IMG/VR virus record: IMGVR_UViG_3300027844_002282
Strand: one strand, 5' to 3'
Length of the DNA: 64,000 nucleotides
Source of the DNA: a virus
The notes below the pieces were generated by a model. The model ran no database searches. It saw only the letters and a list, made by a program, of their open reading frames with translations, and had not been told where the DNA came from. The translations under genes were made by a program, and so were the position numbers. Positions 18,453-30,000 of this stretch are shown here, one piece after another; the first letter of the stretch is position 1, and each line of letters opens with the position of its first letter.

Positions 18453-20172
18453 TCATGTCTCTCAATCTCTCGCCAACTCTTCGGGCTGATTTCTTCCAAG
18501 TAAACTGTTCTATAAACTTTTCTCTCCCCTTAGCGGCCTTTAATTTCGCCTCTTCCTCATGGTCATAAACGTATCTCATCAAATGTGAGGCTTCATCAAT
18601 TGCCTTCTCTGAATAGTCAACAAACCTCATACTTTCATAGAATGGGCTAATGTGCTGCATGCTTGCGTGACACCCAGACACCTTGTCTGGCTTGACAAGG
18701 TATGAGTTATCATTGTTCAAAAACGCTTGTTGTCCACCATGATCAGCACCAATAACGGGAACCCCACTCGCGAGCGCCTCAGAGTATGGCAACCCCCACC
18801 CTTCTCCACGAGTGAATAGAGAAAAACAGTTTGCGGAGTTATATAAATATGGCATAACCTCCGCTGGTAATATGTTATTCATAACGACAAGGTTAGGTAA
18901 GTTTTGGTTGTCTTCTCCAACCCAAGACTTAATGTCTTCTCGCATAGCGGTGATTTGGTTTCGACCAAGTATGGGTACGCGGGTAAAGATCAACAGGGTA
19001 ACATCGTCATCAGCCGTAAAAGCTCTTGTATAGGCCTTTAATAACACGTCAAAACCCTTTCTCCATAGCCATGTTGACATGCTCAAAAAAACAAACCGCT
19101 TTACGCCGAATCCAAACTCTATTTTTGGAGGTCTTGGCTTAAATCTATCAGAGTCAATCCCTAATGGCATTACTTTTATATCTTGCTCAACCCCACCAGC
19201 CTTGAATGTTTGTCTATTCCACTCTGACGGAACCCATATTTCATCTGCTATTTCAAGTCTCTTAGCTAAGTTTGGGTGAATTTTATCTTCCGTCTCCATC
19301 ATCGTATAAGAGACGATCTTTCCATCATGCATACTTGGAGCGTTTGTGGAAAAAACCTTGGGGCTTCCAGGCTTTACTTTCACATCGGAGTACTTCGCTA
19401 TTTTTTCTTGAAACGGAAGCTCGATATCAACACTTGTATCAAATCTTGTCGGCTTAACTCTCAACCCCATGGCATTTAGGTTGATGATATATTGCCTATT
19501 CATATTGGCATACCCACCAGCATCAAGGAGAGGCCCTTCCCAATAGGCGTGGGTCTCAGAATACTCTGGATCGTCACCTAAATCCGAACCACTTAGCTCT
19601 TCTGGCTTATCCGGCTCGCACTCAACCCACATAACATCGCCACTCTTCTTGTTTATCCTGGCCTCTAAAGCGTGTTTCAATTTCAATGTGCCGTTTCTTA
19701 TCGCTTGCTGTATCTCAAGATTCTTGAACTCTTTTTCATCGATAGTTATCTCTTTTCTGAACTCAGTTAATATGACATTTATCGTGTCGATACTAACATT
19801 ATGAATCACATTCTTTTGGATAGTAAACCTTTTCGGCATTTTCTTATTTGTTGTGATCCTCTCAATCGCTTCTTCCGGCGGGATCTCGCCATCATCAACC
19901 CCGATCTTAATTTCAGAAATAGTTTTCCCATCTCCCGGCCAAAGGGTTGTTCCAGGAACAACATTCTTGTCCTTCCCATCAACGTTGGCCATCTTTATAT
20001 CGTCACCATCGGCAAAGGCTCGGACGTGTCCGCCTCTTAATAGTCCAATAATATCTTTTGACGCGGTCAATGTACTATCCGGTATAAATTTCAACCCCGC
20101 GCTTGATGGAGGTATCATAACCTCTATGTCGCTGACAAATATGGCTGACGGGGTGTTATTTAGTATTCTCAC
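18445..20172 (-). CDS. GT4-family glycosyltransferase (copy 2) with N-terminal extension
   Basis: GGYANMNR, METE, RKGFDVLLKAY, TRGEGWGLPYSEALA. Confidence 0.9.
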   Translation of the reverse strand: MRILNNTPSAIFVSDIEVMIPPSSAGLKFIPDSTLTASKDIIGLLRGGHVRAFADGDDIKMANVDGKDKNVVPGTTLWPGDGKTISEIKIGVDDGEIPPEEAIERITTNKKMPKRFTIQKNVIHNVSIDTINVILTEFRKEITIDEKEFKNLEIQQAIRNGTLKLKHALEARINKKSGDVMWVECEPDKPEELSGSDLGDDPEYSETHAYWEGPLLDAGGYANMNRQYIINLNAMGLRVKPTRFDTSVDIELPFQEKIAKYSDVKVKPGSPKVFSTNAPSMHDGKIVSYTMMETEDKIHPNLAKRLEIADEIWVPSEWNRQTFKAGGVEQDIKVMPLGIDSDRFKPRPPKIEFGFGVKRFVFLSMSTWLWRKGFDVLLKAYTRAFTADDDVTLLIFTRVPILGRNQITAMREDIKSWVGEDNQNLPNLVVMNNILPAEVMPYLYNSANCFSLFTRGEGWGLPYSEALASGVPVIGADHGGQQAFLNNDNSYLVKPDKVSGCHASMQHISPFYESMRFVDYSEKAIDEASHLMRYVYDHEEEAKLKAAKGREKFIEQFTWKKSARRVGERLRDMNG

Positions 20173-20175
20173 AGA

Positions 20176-21657
20176 TTATATCTCCTTACATATTTCAGAG
20201 AGCCTATTATATGCTCTGCTAACAGAATGCTTCCAGTCGAATTTTTCTACCAATCTTTCTCTGAGTTTAACCGCTCTTCTTTTGGCCTCTGGGTAGTTCT
20301 CATAGACACTTCTCATTTTTGACTTTAAGAGTTCGAACGACTCTCCTTCAAAGTCTGGGAACAACTGATTCTCATAAAAATGTGAGATCCAAGCCATATT
20401 CTTATACTGTGGATCTTGAGTTTTGCTTACAAAATAATCATTTGGAGGGATCATATATGCCGTCTCTTCATCAAGAAAGTCCTTCTGCCCACCGTGATCC
20501 GATGCGATTACTGGGATTTCACATGCGCCAGCTTCACAATACGGCAATCCCCACCCTTCACCTCTTGAAATAAGCGCAAAACAATCTGCTGCTGCAAAGA
20601 AGTTTGGCATCTTGTTTTCTGGAGTGTAAGTAGAGTGCAACACAATATGTGGCAACTCAGAATCTGGCTTTTTAACCATAGATCTGAATGCCTGGAAATC
20701 TGAAAGTAATCTGTTCTTTGATTTTTGTGATAGGTTTCCGGAAAACCTTGAGGATATAATCAGTGTGGTGTCGTCTTTCGGTGAGAACTCTTCCATATAA
20801 GCCCTAATTAGTATGTCAAAACCCTTTCTGTATGACCATCCAGATATACTCATGAATTTGAATGATCTAACGCTGTCGCCGAAGTCTATTGGCTCAAGAC
20901 CGGGGCGATACCTGTCAGTGTCAACCCCAAGTGGCATGAGTTTTATTGGCGCACTAACCCCGCTATCCTCAAAAACTTCTTTACACCACGAACATGGTGT
21001 CCATATCTCATCAGCCATTGATAATCTGTCGGCATATTCCTGATGAACCTTTTTAGATGTCTCCATCATGGTAAAAAGAATCTTTTTTCCTGGATGAACG
21101 ATAAGATCGGGGATAGTCATCCCAAATATCTTAGGGTAAACGTCTGGAACGTTGGTTATGGCAAGGGACCTCAAAGCGGCCTCTGTTCTGCCGTTGACAT
21201 TCATGATACTATCAAATGGATCTACCTTTACAAGAGCACCGTGATTTCTTAATCCGAAAATAAATGTTCTATTCATCCTGGCATAGCCGCCATAATCAAA
21301 TATTGGGCCTCTATAATGGGTTTTCACTTCGAATTCTTCGAGTCTTGGGTCAGCCATTTCTGAGTACGCCTCTGTTTCGGGAATTTCCGGGTGCGTCAAC
21401 GCCTCAACTTTTTCTATGCTGGTTACCTGATCTATTTCTTGTGGGTCAATGCCTAACGGCTCTGGCCTCTCTTCTATCATTTTTGAAATCGGTGGATTGA
21501 ACTCTTCGCACGGAATAAATAGGTCCTCATCATATTCACTTTCAAATCTCTTTGGTCTGCTGGCGTCTTGGTTGGAGTTTTCATCACCCCCCAGATTTCT
21601 CGTTGAAGCAATATCGTAGGCTGACTTTAGCTTATTGTCGAATTCTGGCAATTCCAT
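20176..21657 (-). CDS. GT4-family glycosyltransferase (copy 1) with acidic N-terminal extension
   Basis: GGYARMNR, RKGFDILIRAY, SRGEGWGLPYCEAGAC. Confidence 0.9.
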   Translation of the reverse strand: MELPEFDNKLKSAYDIASTRNLGGDENSNQDASRPKRFESEYDEDLFIPCEEFNPPISKMIEERPEPLGIDPQEIDQVTSIEKVEALTHPEIPETEAYSEMADPRLEEFEVKTHYRGPIFDYGGYARMNRTFIFGLRNHGALVKVDPFDSIMNVNGRTEAALRSLAITNVPDVYPKIFGMTIPDLIVHPGKKILFTMMETSKKVHQEYADRLSMADEIWTPCSWCKEVFEDSGVSAPIKLMPLGVDTDRYRPGLEPIDFGDSVRSFKFMSISGWSYRKGFDILIRAYMEEFSPKDDTTLIISSRFSGNLSQKSKNRLLSDFQAFRSMVKKPDSELPHIVLHSTYTPENKMPNFFAAADCFALISRGEGWGLPYCEAGACEIPVIASDHGGQKDFLDEETAYMIPPNDYFVSKTQDPQYKNMAWISHFYENQLFPDFEGESFELLKSKMRSVYENYPEAKRRAVKLRERLVEKFDWKHSVSRAYNRLSEICKEI

Positions 21658-21678
21658 ATCGTCGTTTTTTCCCGTTAA

Positions 21679-22350
21679 TTATTTAGGTCGTCTGTATACA
21701 AAATAAATTCCTGTATTCTCCCCTACGTAGTCCTCATAAGGGCTAACGATTCTTATGTGACTCCTGAAAATAGCCATTTTAGATAACTTGGCCTTCAACC
21801 AGGGGAGTGATGTTTGACAAAGCTGGAATTTACCAGCTTTTCTTTTGTCTTCCTTAACAAAATCAGCCATAATCCCACCGGCTTTCATTATCAATGATAA
21901 TACACCGGAATTTCTGCTGCTGAGCGCATGAATGTAATCTAATCCGTCTATTCCAAGAGCTTCTACAAACTTATCCATGTTGCTTTCGGCACATACGACA
22001 TGGTTTTTGCACTTGAAATACTCATTTGTTCTTGGGAATATCCAATATTTACCATACAAGAATCCTTCCTTATGTTTATCGGACCTGATTTTTTGGACCA
22101 ATTCCTTTGGCTTGATTCCAATCTTGTTTCTCAACAATGACGATGCAGTCTCCCAAATAATATTAATTTCTTCTTTCGAAAGATCGTCTAACTTTTTATG
22201 GTATGACAAGACGTTGTCAAAAAGGGGCCGGTCTATAGGATCAAGAGTACGTAGACCTCCGGCCCTCTCTACAAAAACAGCAAGCTCTTCTATGATGGCT
22301 TTTAAGTGCTGTGGGTCTTTATCATTAAGCATTCTATGTGGTCTTGGCAT
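21679..22350 (-). CDS. Hypothetical protein
   Basis: 223-aa basic ORF with RBS and upstream promoter motifs. Confidence 0.7.
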   Translation of the reverse strand: MPRPHRMLNDKDPQHLKAIIEELAVFVERAGGLRTLDPIDRPLFDNVLSYHKKLDDLSKEEINIIWETASSLLRNKIGIKPKELVQKIRSDKHKEGFLYGKYWIFPRTNEYFKCKNHVVCAESNMDKFVEALGIDGLDYIHALSSRNSGVLSLIMKAGGIMADFVKEDKRKAGKFQLCQTSLPWLKAKLSKMAIFRSHIRIVSPYEDYVGENTGIYFVYRRPK

Positions 22351-22384
22351 AACTCGGCTCCTGAGGGGTTAATTGCTTGTTTAT

Positions 22385-22413
22385 ATTTCATTAACGAACG
22401 TCTTATTCCCTAT
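22385..22413 (-). promoter_or_regulatory. AGG-N19-GAAA promoter-like motif
   Basis: Minus strand atAGG gaataagacgttcgttaat GAAAT, just past the capsid terminator. Confidence 0.6.
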
Positions 22414-22432
22414 GAGTTCATTATACACGGGT

Positions 22433-22473
22433 AAAAAAAAAAGGCGGCGCTCGAATAAACGAGCGCCACCTTT
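22433..22473 (-). terminator. Intrinsic terminator after the major capsid gene
   Basis: aaggcggcgctcg-aataaa-cgagcgccacctt stem-loop followed by T10 on the minus strand. Confidence 0.9.
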
Positions 22474-22494
22474 GAATTTCTAATCTAAGTCAGA

Positions 22495-23361
22495 TTAGGA
22501 GCTTGATGTCACTGAAACCTTAGCACATGCATAGGAGTTAATGATAACAATTCCAATCTCTTCATAGATAACCCATCCCAAACGAAGAACACGAGGTTCA
22601 TCAGCTGGAATTACGGTGATGTCCTGACGAATCGGGAACGCACCTACATACTCGGCTGGAGCAAGGACGAAGACATCGGTCGTCGGCATTCTTGAGCTAA
22701 CATGAATGTCAGCTGTCCAAATATGGCCGAAGAGACCAGTGGTCAAAACTTCCTTGGTCGTGGCTTCGTCGTAAACCGTCTTACCCCAATTTCTCACATC
22801 AGCATAACGGAGCGGATGCATAACGATCTTACCAACGATAAGGTCATGCTGCTCGACTGTTGCGAAAGCCTGGTTAAGAGCGGTGATTGACAATGCGCCA
22901 CCGGTACTTGTTACGGTATGATTACCATCGATAGCCGCACCAATAACGTTGAAGATCAAACGATCCTCTTCTTTCTGGAGGGCTTCCTTGGCCTTGATTT
23001 GTGCTCTATCAACAATAAAGAACCTACGGGCCTTTACTTCACTCAATCTGATAGTAGGATGTGTCGCGATTTCAAAGAGCGGAACGAGGATTTCCTCGCC
23101 TTCTGTGATACCACGTGGTACACCACCACGTCTTGAGATGACCTGAGCGGTCTGACGAACATCCTTTTCGTAACGAGGCAATGCTCCCTGAGGAAGCTCA
23201 TCAATCATAAGTAACTTACGACCAACGGCCTGATATTCAAGTGCTCGTCTAATGGGTTCTACCATTGCTTGTGCCAATGCTACACGACCCTCTGTGGAAT
23301 CGAGTGCTTGGGCTACGAGGGTCTCCCTCTCGACATTAACTGAACGTTTTTCTAAACTCAT
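22495..23361 (-). CDS. Major capsid protein (HK97 fold)
   Basis: ALAQAMVEPIRRALEYQAVGRKLL..DELPQGALPRYEKD...FEIATHP.I.LSEVK.RRF.IVDRAQ; follows decoration gene; strong terminator. Confidence 0.9.
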   Translation of the reverse strand: MSLEKRSVNVERETLVAQALDSTEGRVALAQAMVEPIRRALEYQAVGRKLLMIDELPQGALPRYEKDVRQTAQVISRRGGVPRGITEGEEILVPLFEIATHPTIRLSEVKARRFFIVDRAQIKAKEALQKEEDRLIFNVIGAAIDGNHTVTSTGGALSITALNQAFATVEQHDLIVGKIVMHPLRYADVRNWGKTVYDEATTKEVLTTGLFGHIWTADIHVSSRMPTTDVFVLAPAEYVGAFPIRQDITVIPADEPRVLRLGWVIYEEIGIVIINSYACAKVSVTSSS

Positions 23362-23377
23362 TTTATTCTCCTATTCG

Positions 23378-23881
23378 TTAAATCAAGAGTTTGAACTCTA
23401 TATATTGGTTAGTGTTTGCCCCACCAAGAGCTTGATCGCCATTGATATCGACGCCAGGGACGCCAGATGGGTATGAACCTGCTGCTTTTGTGAGAACTGC
23501 GATAGCTGTTCCAGAAGAAGCAGCCTGAAATAATCCCGCCGATGAGCCATAAAGATAGGCACCAACAGTAGCGGTCAATACATCAGTATCGAACTGATCT
23601 GTAGCAAACTCTCCACCACCATGGTAGACAGTCATAAGGTCAGAAGCGTCAGTCTCATCAAATGAATCGCTTACACGATTCTGCCAACCGGCGGCTACAC
23701 CAGGTAGTGCAGATGCGGAGCTGCTCTTTGTGTCGCCAGCGACACCAAGAATTACTCCACTACCGGCATAAGGAATTATTTCCTGTGAACTATTCATAGT
23801 CACAAGCTGTCCTTCGTCTATGTCGGTGCTGCCCTGCGGATGTTCCGAGGCGACAACGATGAATTTTTCAATAAGAGCCAT
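23378..23881 (-). CDS. Capsid decoration/cement protein
   Basis: Likely start MALIEKF at 23881 (GGAGG RBS); Gly/Ala/Ser-rich, G.LV...ILGVAGD...GGEFATDQF; immediately upstream of MCP. Confidence 0.7.
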   Translation of the reverse strand: MALIEKFIVVASEHPQGSTDIDEGQLVTMNSSQEIIPYAGSGVILGVAGDTKSSSASALPGVAAGWQNRVSDSFDETDASDLMTVYHGGGEFATDQFDTDVLTATVGAYLYGSSAGLFQAASSGTAIAVLTKAAGSYPSGVPGVDINGDQALGGANTNQYIEFKLLI

Positions 23882-24004
23882 TTGTTTTTCCTCCAAAGGT
23901 CTCATTTATACTAAAATCGTATGATTTTAGCAATGTTTTAAACGAAGATAACTGTCTAACGAAAATGTCTTAACGATGTATATAATTCCACTACTGGGAT
24001 ATGT

Positions 24005-24032
24005 ATACTAATAAAACGGTTGGGAATCCTCC
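24005..24032 (-). promoter_or_regulatory. AGG-N19-GTAT promoter-like motif for the decoration/capsid operon
   Basis: Minus strand ggAGG attcccaaccgttttatta GTAT. Confidence 0.55.
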
Positions 24033-24069
24033 CTAACTCGTTAAAATAATGATAGTTTCATTACTTTTT

Positions 24070-27000
24070 TTATCTAGAGACAGTGATCTTTCTGAAGGAT
24101 GAAGTGGATTCTGTGTTATAAGGAACCTTCTTCAATCGAAACCTTAATGTCTCTCTGTTCCTGAACGCATCTGCTATTGCATGAATGTTCGAATTGAACA
24201 ATATATCTGTAGATCCAGAGATCTCAGGAATATCTCCAAGGGTTCTATTTCGCTTGGCCTCAATGGCTTTCACCTTTATCTTCTCTTTTATAACTCTATA
24301 TGCAATCTTGGAATAGTAATCCGTGGTATTGCTACTTCTATCACTATCATCATCATCACCAAAAAGATTAATCTCATCCATTTCATCCTCTTTCTTCGCA
24401 ACCGCTGCTGGTGGCGGTTCTGGAATTGGCTCCGCAACCGCTGCTGGTGGCGGTTCTGGAATTGGGTCTACGACTTCTGCTGGTGGCGGTTCTGGAATTG
24501 GGTCTACGACTTCTGCTGGTGGCGGTTTCTCGTCACCCATCTGCTTAAAATTAAACTTATATTCTGAATCTTCAGTCGGGGCATCAACAACGAGTTCGTT
24601 ATATCTTTCCTCATCTAAGGTTTGATTACCGATCATGTTTTGAGCAAATAGTTTAAGACTCTTGTTTTCACTCAAGTCTAAGGATTTCCTTGCGGCGGCG
24701 GACGAGCTTTCTCTTATTTTTGAGGTGATCTCATCAACTTCTCCGCCGTCTTTGTAAAGATTCAATTTTCTAATAGATTCAATACACCCGCCCATAATAG
24801 ACATTCCAACAGATATATTCGTATATGCAATTCCAGCACCTGAAGCGTTACTTTGATTAAAGAGCCCCTTGACGGCTTGGCCGTAATTATAATCGAAATT
24901 CTCAAATACCTCAAACATGTTTTCACAATAAATAAACAATTGCCCAAACTGCGTAAAGTCACCAGCTAATATTTGCTGAGCAAGTGTTCTAACGACCTCT
25001 CTAACCTGGATAAACCCATTAAAGAACGAGGTCGTCCCCTTAGATTTTGCTCTACCGTACTTTTCCGCCTCTGTCAACACTTCATTTGACAATTCAATTT
25101 GTGTTAAAATAGAGTCGTTTCCAAAAGCGTTGATAGCCTTGTTTGCGAGGAACCTGGCTCCGCCATCTCCATCTTCATCAAGTCCAGCAGCAGCAATCAT
25201 CTCCATTCCTGATTCAACGCTTTTTTTCAACTGAGCGTCAGTCATCCAAAACTCTGGAGGTGGAGCAAGTCCTGTCTTAATATTTGATGCAGACATGAAT
25301 GATCTAAAGAATGTGATACCGTCCTGAGACTTGTCGGTTTCAATAGCATTCATAAGAGTACTATCATCCCTGTCGTCCTCAGATAGTCTGTCAACATCTA
25401 CAGTTGTAGAAAAAGTTTGCGCGTCCAGAATTAGCTTGATCAATTTTGGACCAGCCTCAATCATTCCCTCACCAGACTTTGCTCTCTGATGCAATTCGAA
25501 AATTCTCTGGAAAATATTGTTGATCTCACGGATATTTGTTCTAGCATACTTTTCGGCATTATGCCTCGTCGGATCGGTTGGATATGTCATCTTTTCAGAG
25601 AGGGTGGAACACATAGCCTGCATTGGATTAATCTTCTTTGACTCGATATCACCTGTGGCCTTAATTTTAACATTGACATCCACTGCTTGATTCATCCCGT
25701 GAAGAATTTCGCCAATCTCTATATACCCTTTAACAAAGTCCTCAACAGCATCAATTGGCTCTTCTGGTGTTGGGAGGTTCATAGAGGCCATCATCTGCCT
25801 CTCGGCCTGTAATGGTCTAACAATTGCTCCATTAATAAAGAACCCAGGCTTCTTGTCGTCGATTATTTTTCTATACATTTCAATGATTGCTTGATCCTGA
25901 GGATCGTCGCTACCCCATAAACTAACCATTTCCTTTGCCATCTCAGCAAGGGATACGTCGTCACCGCATTTGTTATTAATAAGGTTGTTGACTATGGCGT
26001 TCCCGCTAAATAGTTCCATTAATGTCTCGTAACTTGATGGAAGATCCACATGAAAATCCCTCAATCTGCTGGCAATAGCCTCTCTCTTTGCGACAAACTT
26101 CTCCCAATAGTTACAGGTACAAATTATATGGAAGTTGTTTTCAGAATATGTGCTACGATCATCTTCCCAAGCGGTAAGAAGTTTCTCGACACAAATCTCC
26201 ACATCCTTATTGTCAGATCCACTGGATGAATCTAAGAACTTATCAATTTCGTCAATAAGCAGAACAGAGTCTGTCATGCTTTTCATTGTAGATACCATTC
26301 GCTCAAGATTCTGTTCGACCTCCCCTCTGAATTTTCCTCTCTTACCGCTATAGGCCATATTGCTCAACGTGGTGGCCAAGTACTTGCAATCCAATGCCGA
26401 TGCCAAGACTTCGGCGTAAATGCTCTTACCGGTACCTGGAGACCCTTCTAATGCGATAATTGGCGGATAACTTGTCTTCTGAGCCCTGATTTCCGCGTCC
26501 AGACTCTTTATTTCACCAGAAATCTTGTCCTCATAAGCGTTCAGGGACTCTTCGTTCTTAACAACTAAGGCGTCAGACCCTACAGCTTCAAACAAATTGC
26601 CATCTATAGAATATCCAGCTGGCTTCGCTAATTCAAGAAGAGAGTTATCTGGCTGTACGCCAGGTTCAACAACTAAATCATTAAGCGAGAACCAAACCAT
26701 TTTTTGACTTGCGTTTGGAGATGGGAAAGAAACAGATACTTCAGTATATTGCTCACCGTCCTCTTCCTTTGGCTCAGTACCGGATAAGGTGCAAAATCCA
26801 ATTCCAGTATCCACGGCTCTTGCAAAGAAATCAGCCTTTGCCTTATAGGCGGTTATCGACTCAATGATATTCTTTAACTCTCCGGTTACATGGTCACCCC
26901 ATGAACTACCCTTTTCTGTGACATATTCGTCAATACTGAATCGTGGCGATGTACACCTGATTCCAAGATCCTCAAGATTCTTGTCAGTAGTTCCAAAGTC

Positions 27001-30000
27001 TTCAATTCTTCTGTTAAAATTGTTTTTATTAGCATCCAATGCCTTAATAACGCTTCCAAGGTTCATATATGTTTCAAACAACTCGCCAATTATTTCAAAT
27101 ATAAACTCATCAAGCCTTTGAAAATCAAGGTTTGCCAAGGCCGATTGTAATTTCCTAATAAATGAGTCTGGAACAATAAATTCAGCCGCAAGCGCTCCAA
27201 GTCTCTCGCTTTCAGTCTGGACTCCGTCTTCAACCTCTATCTGATCTTCTGGCAAAGACGAAAGGTATTGCTCTTTAACCCTTCCGGTGTAAAAATCCAC
27301 AAACGAGGATATTTCCTCATAGCTCATCGTACTTGTGTGTAGATCAATATAGGCTGGCTCGACAACTAAATTCGGAATTCTCTTCTCAGAAATTATAACA
27401 ACATGGCTATTCAAAGCCTTCGGGTCCGCTCCCGCTGAACCGGCTTGGCCAGCCACTTTTGAGTGAAGCTGCTTCATCTTTGCCTCAAACCCTGGAGCCC
27501 AACCTCTCTTTGCTCTCTCTCCGGCTCCGGTTTCAACCATAAATCCGTTTCCTGTCTGAGCGCTAATTTCGGTATCGGCGCTTCTGATTAAGAAGACATT
27601 CTTCCTACTCGCCCACCCTTCGATAACTTCTTTCTTTATTTCTTCAAACCTATTAAACTTTTCCTCTCCAAGAATTTCTTTAAGAGCCTCCGCCCCAACT
27701 GACGCTCCGTATGACCCGACTTCAATATCTTCAGTCTGGCACCTTCTGGCTATCTCCTTAAACAAGCTGGCATTAGTGTGCTCTTTCTCCCTTGTCATGC
27801 TCAATGATGGATCTCTTGTGTCAACAATCGCCGAACTTCTGTTTGGGTACTTATGCGCAGCGAATTGGTTAAGGAACAACTGAATTTCCCCAATTTCTTG
27901 CTCAAGCGTGTCCAATGCTGGCTCAAGCTCCTTCTTTGACTTTTGACTATAGCTCATTTCACTAATGTACGAAGTTCTCAATGCTATTCTATCCTGAAGC
28001 GCTTTTTTAAGATTGTGTGGGTTATTTGGGTGTCCAGTTCCAGGCTCGGATTGCGGTCTTAGATCATATGGCGCTGGTGACCATGATGGCAATATACTAA
28101 ACGACAATGAAACCCCGTTTGCCTTGTGAGCCCTTCTTATAGGATTCGGAGAACTGTAAAACGATGAATACAAATCATCTCCCAAGCTTGAAAGCCCCGT
28201 GTTCCCCCCGCTTTTAACAAGACTATACGATCCTGAAATTCTTTCCTTTATTACCTCAGTAATATACCATAACGACCCGTTATCGCTCTCTTCCACTTCC
28301 TCGACTTCTACGGTTTCTATAATATCCCCGCGACTGTCCACAATAGAAATGCCACTTCCGTTCTCTCTAATCCACTTATCAGACTCGTCTTTTGAAAGAG
28401 TAACTGGAATCATATAGTCGCCAGGATTAAGAATAGCCGAATCGTCTCCTTTAGGGACCGTTTCTGGGCTGTCTTCCGATGAAGAGACCCCAGCGCCCTT
28501 TAGACAAGTGTTTACAAGATGCTTAATAAAGAGGTCAACAATATACTCTGATGATATTGACGATGAAACAACTTCATTAATACCCTTCTGGTTTGTTACA
28601 ATATCAACTAATTTCTTGTAGAGATCGCTTTGCAACACTTCTGCCGTTGCCGCTGTCTTAATAGTCTCGCTATCAAGGTTTGCATACTTGTTTTGATTCT
28701 TCTTAACCGTGGCCCAAATGATTGGGGCGTATCCTATACCATCCTGACCAAGCTCTTCGCTTGCCCAGTCAGCAAAAACAGAGTATGGAATATCTTCATT
28801 TAGATCAAACTCTTTTTGAGCTAATGCAATTATCCCATTCAAATTGTTTGTATTTGACGCTGATCGAGTTATCGCATTTTTATGGTTAGAGTTCTCTTTG
28901 TACTGAAAAACCGCAGCCCCTTTTTCTTGCATCACTGATGGTCCAAACTCGTCATCAATCCATTCGTTTACCTGGGCGGAACTCCAATCAAAAAAAGCGT
29001 CGCCCTCTTCGGCATACATTCTTTTAGCAATTCCACCAGTAGACATATCGGCCATGGGGAACACTGGACCGGACGCTTCGCCGCCCTCCGCCGGATCATC
29101 GCCTATTGGAATATTGATATCCACTCCACCGCCACCAGAAAGGGAGGCGAGGAAACTCAATAAGGCTCGCTCAATTACATCATCTGAAATATCAGGGAAT
29201 GCAGGAGCGTTCTCTCCATAGGCTCTCGACCTATTGACCCCTTGATCATCGACCTCAAAACCACCAGCGTGAAACAAAGAAATCAATGGGACCCCTTGTA
29301 TTTTAGACAATATTTGCATCATCAATACCCACTTCTTATTAAGTGAGTTGTCAGCGAGGCCATTTTCAATAGACGACCTGTAATTTCCAGCCGCCTCCGC
29401 TTCTGCATTCTTAAATCTATTTGACATATATGGGTATCTGTATGACATTGGATTTCTTGGGTCAAATCTCAAATGTACATTCCCAGCCCTTTCGTCAAAA
29501 AATAAAGACTGTGGTACCGCAGCGGGCTCTTCGGTTATGTTTGCAGGAGACCCCATTGGCGATCTTAATATCGCTTTCCCTTTGTGTTCATTAAAGTCAA
29601 ATGTTTCATGAGGGTTTCCGTCTACCTCGAACCCTCCCGTATTTCTTCTCGCCCTCGAAACTTCCCTATCGGATAGCGGCTCGATACCGGCAGCGTTCTG
29701 CTCTTGTTCGGGAGCTGGTGGGACTGGGCTTTTCTGATAATCGGTTATGTATTCATACAAACAGTTAATCGAATTTTCTGGATCAAAGAAATCTGTACCG
29801 AAAAATCCTGTGTCAACTGTTGCTTCTACATATTTCGGAGCATCTGCTCCATATGCTGAAACAACCCCTGCCACGTCTATGTCTGAAATGATACTGTCTT
29901 CATGCTTCTTCTGCCTATTCTCTCTATCTTTTCTCTTATCAGCTAAGGAGGCGTCTTCTGATAGGGATGATGAGTCAGTTAGTGCTGTAGAAACCACAAG

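Noticed and set aside
22495-23361. Encapsulin nanocompartment
   Set aside because: The short HK97-fold protein sits with portal, protease, neck, tube and TMP genes, so it is a phage capsid
24397-24526. CRISPR array (36-bp repeats)
   Set aside because: Head-to-tail repeats without spacers, in frame within a CDS
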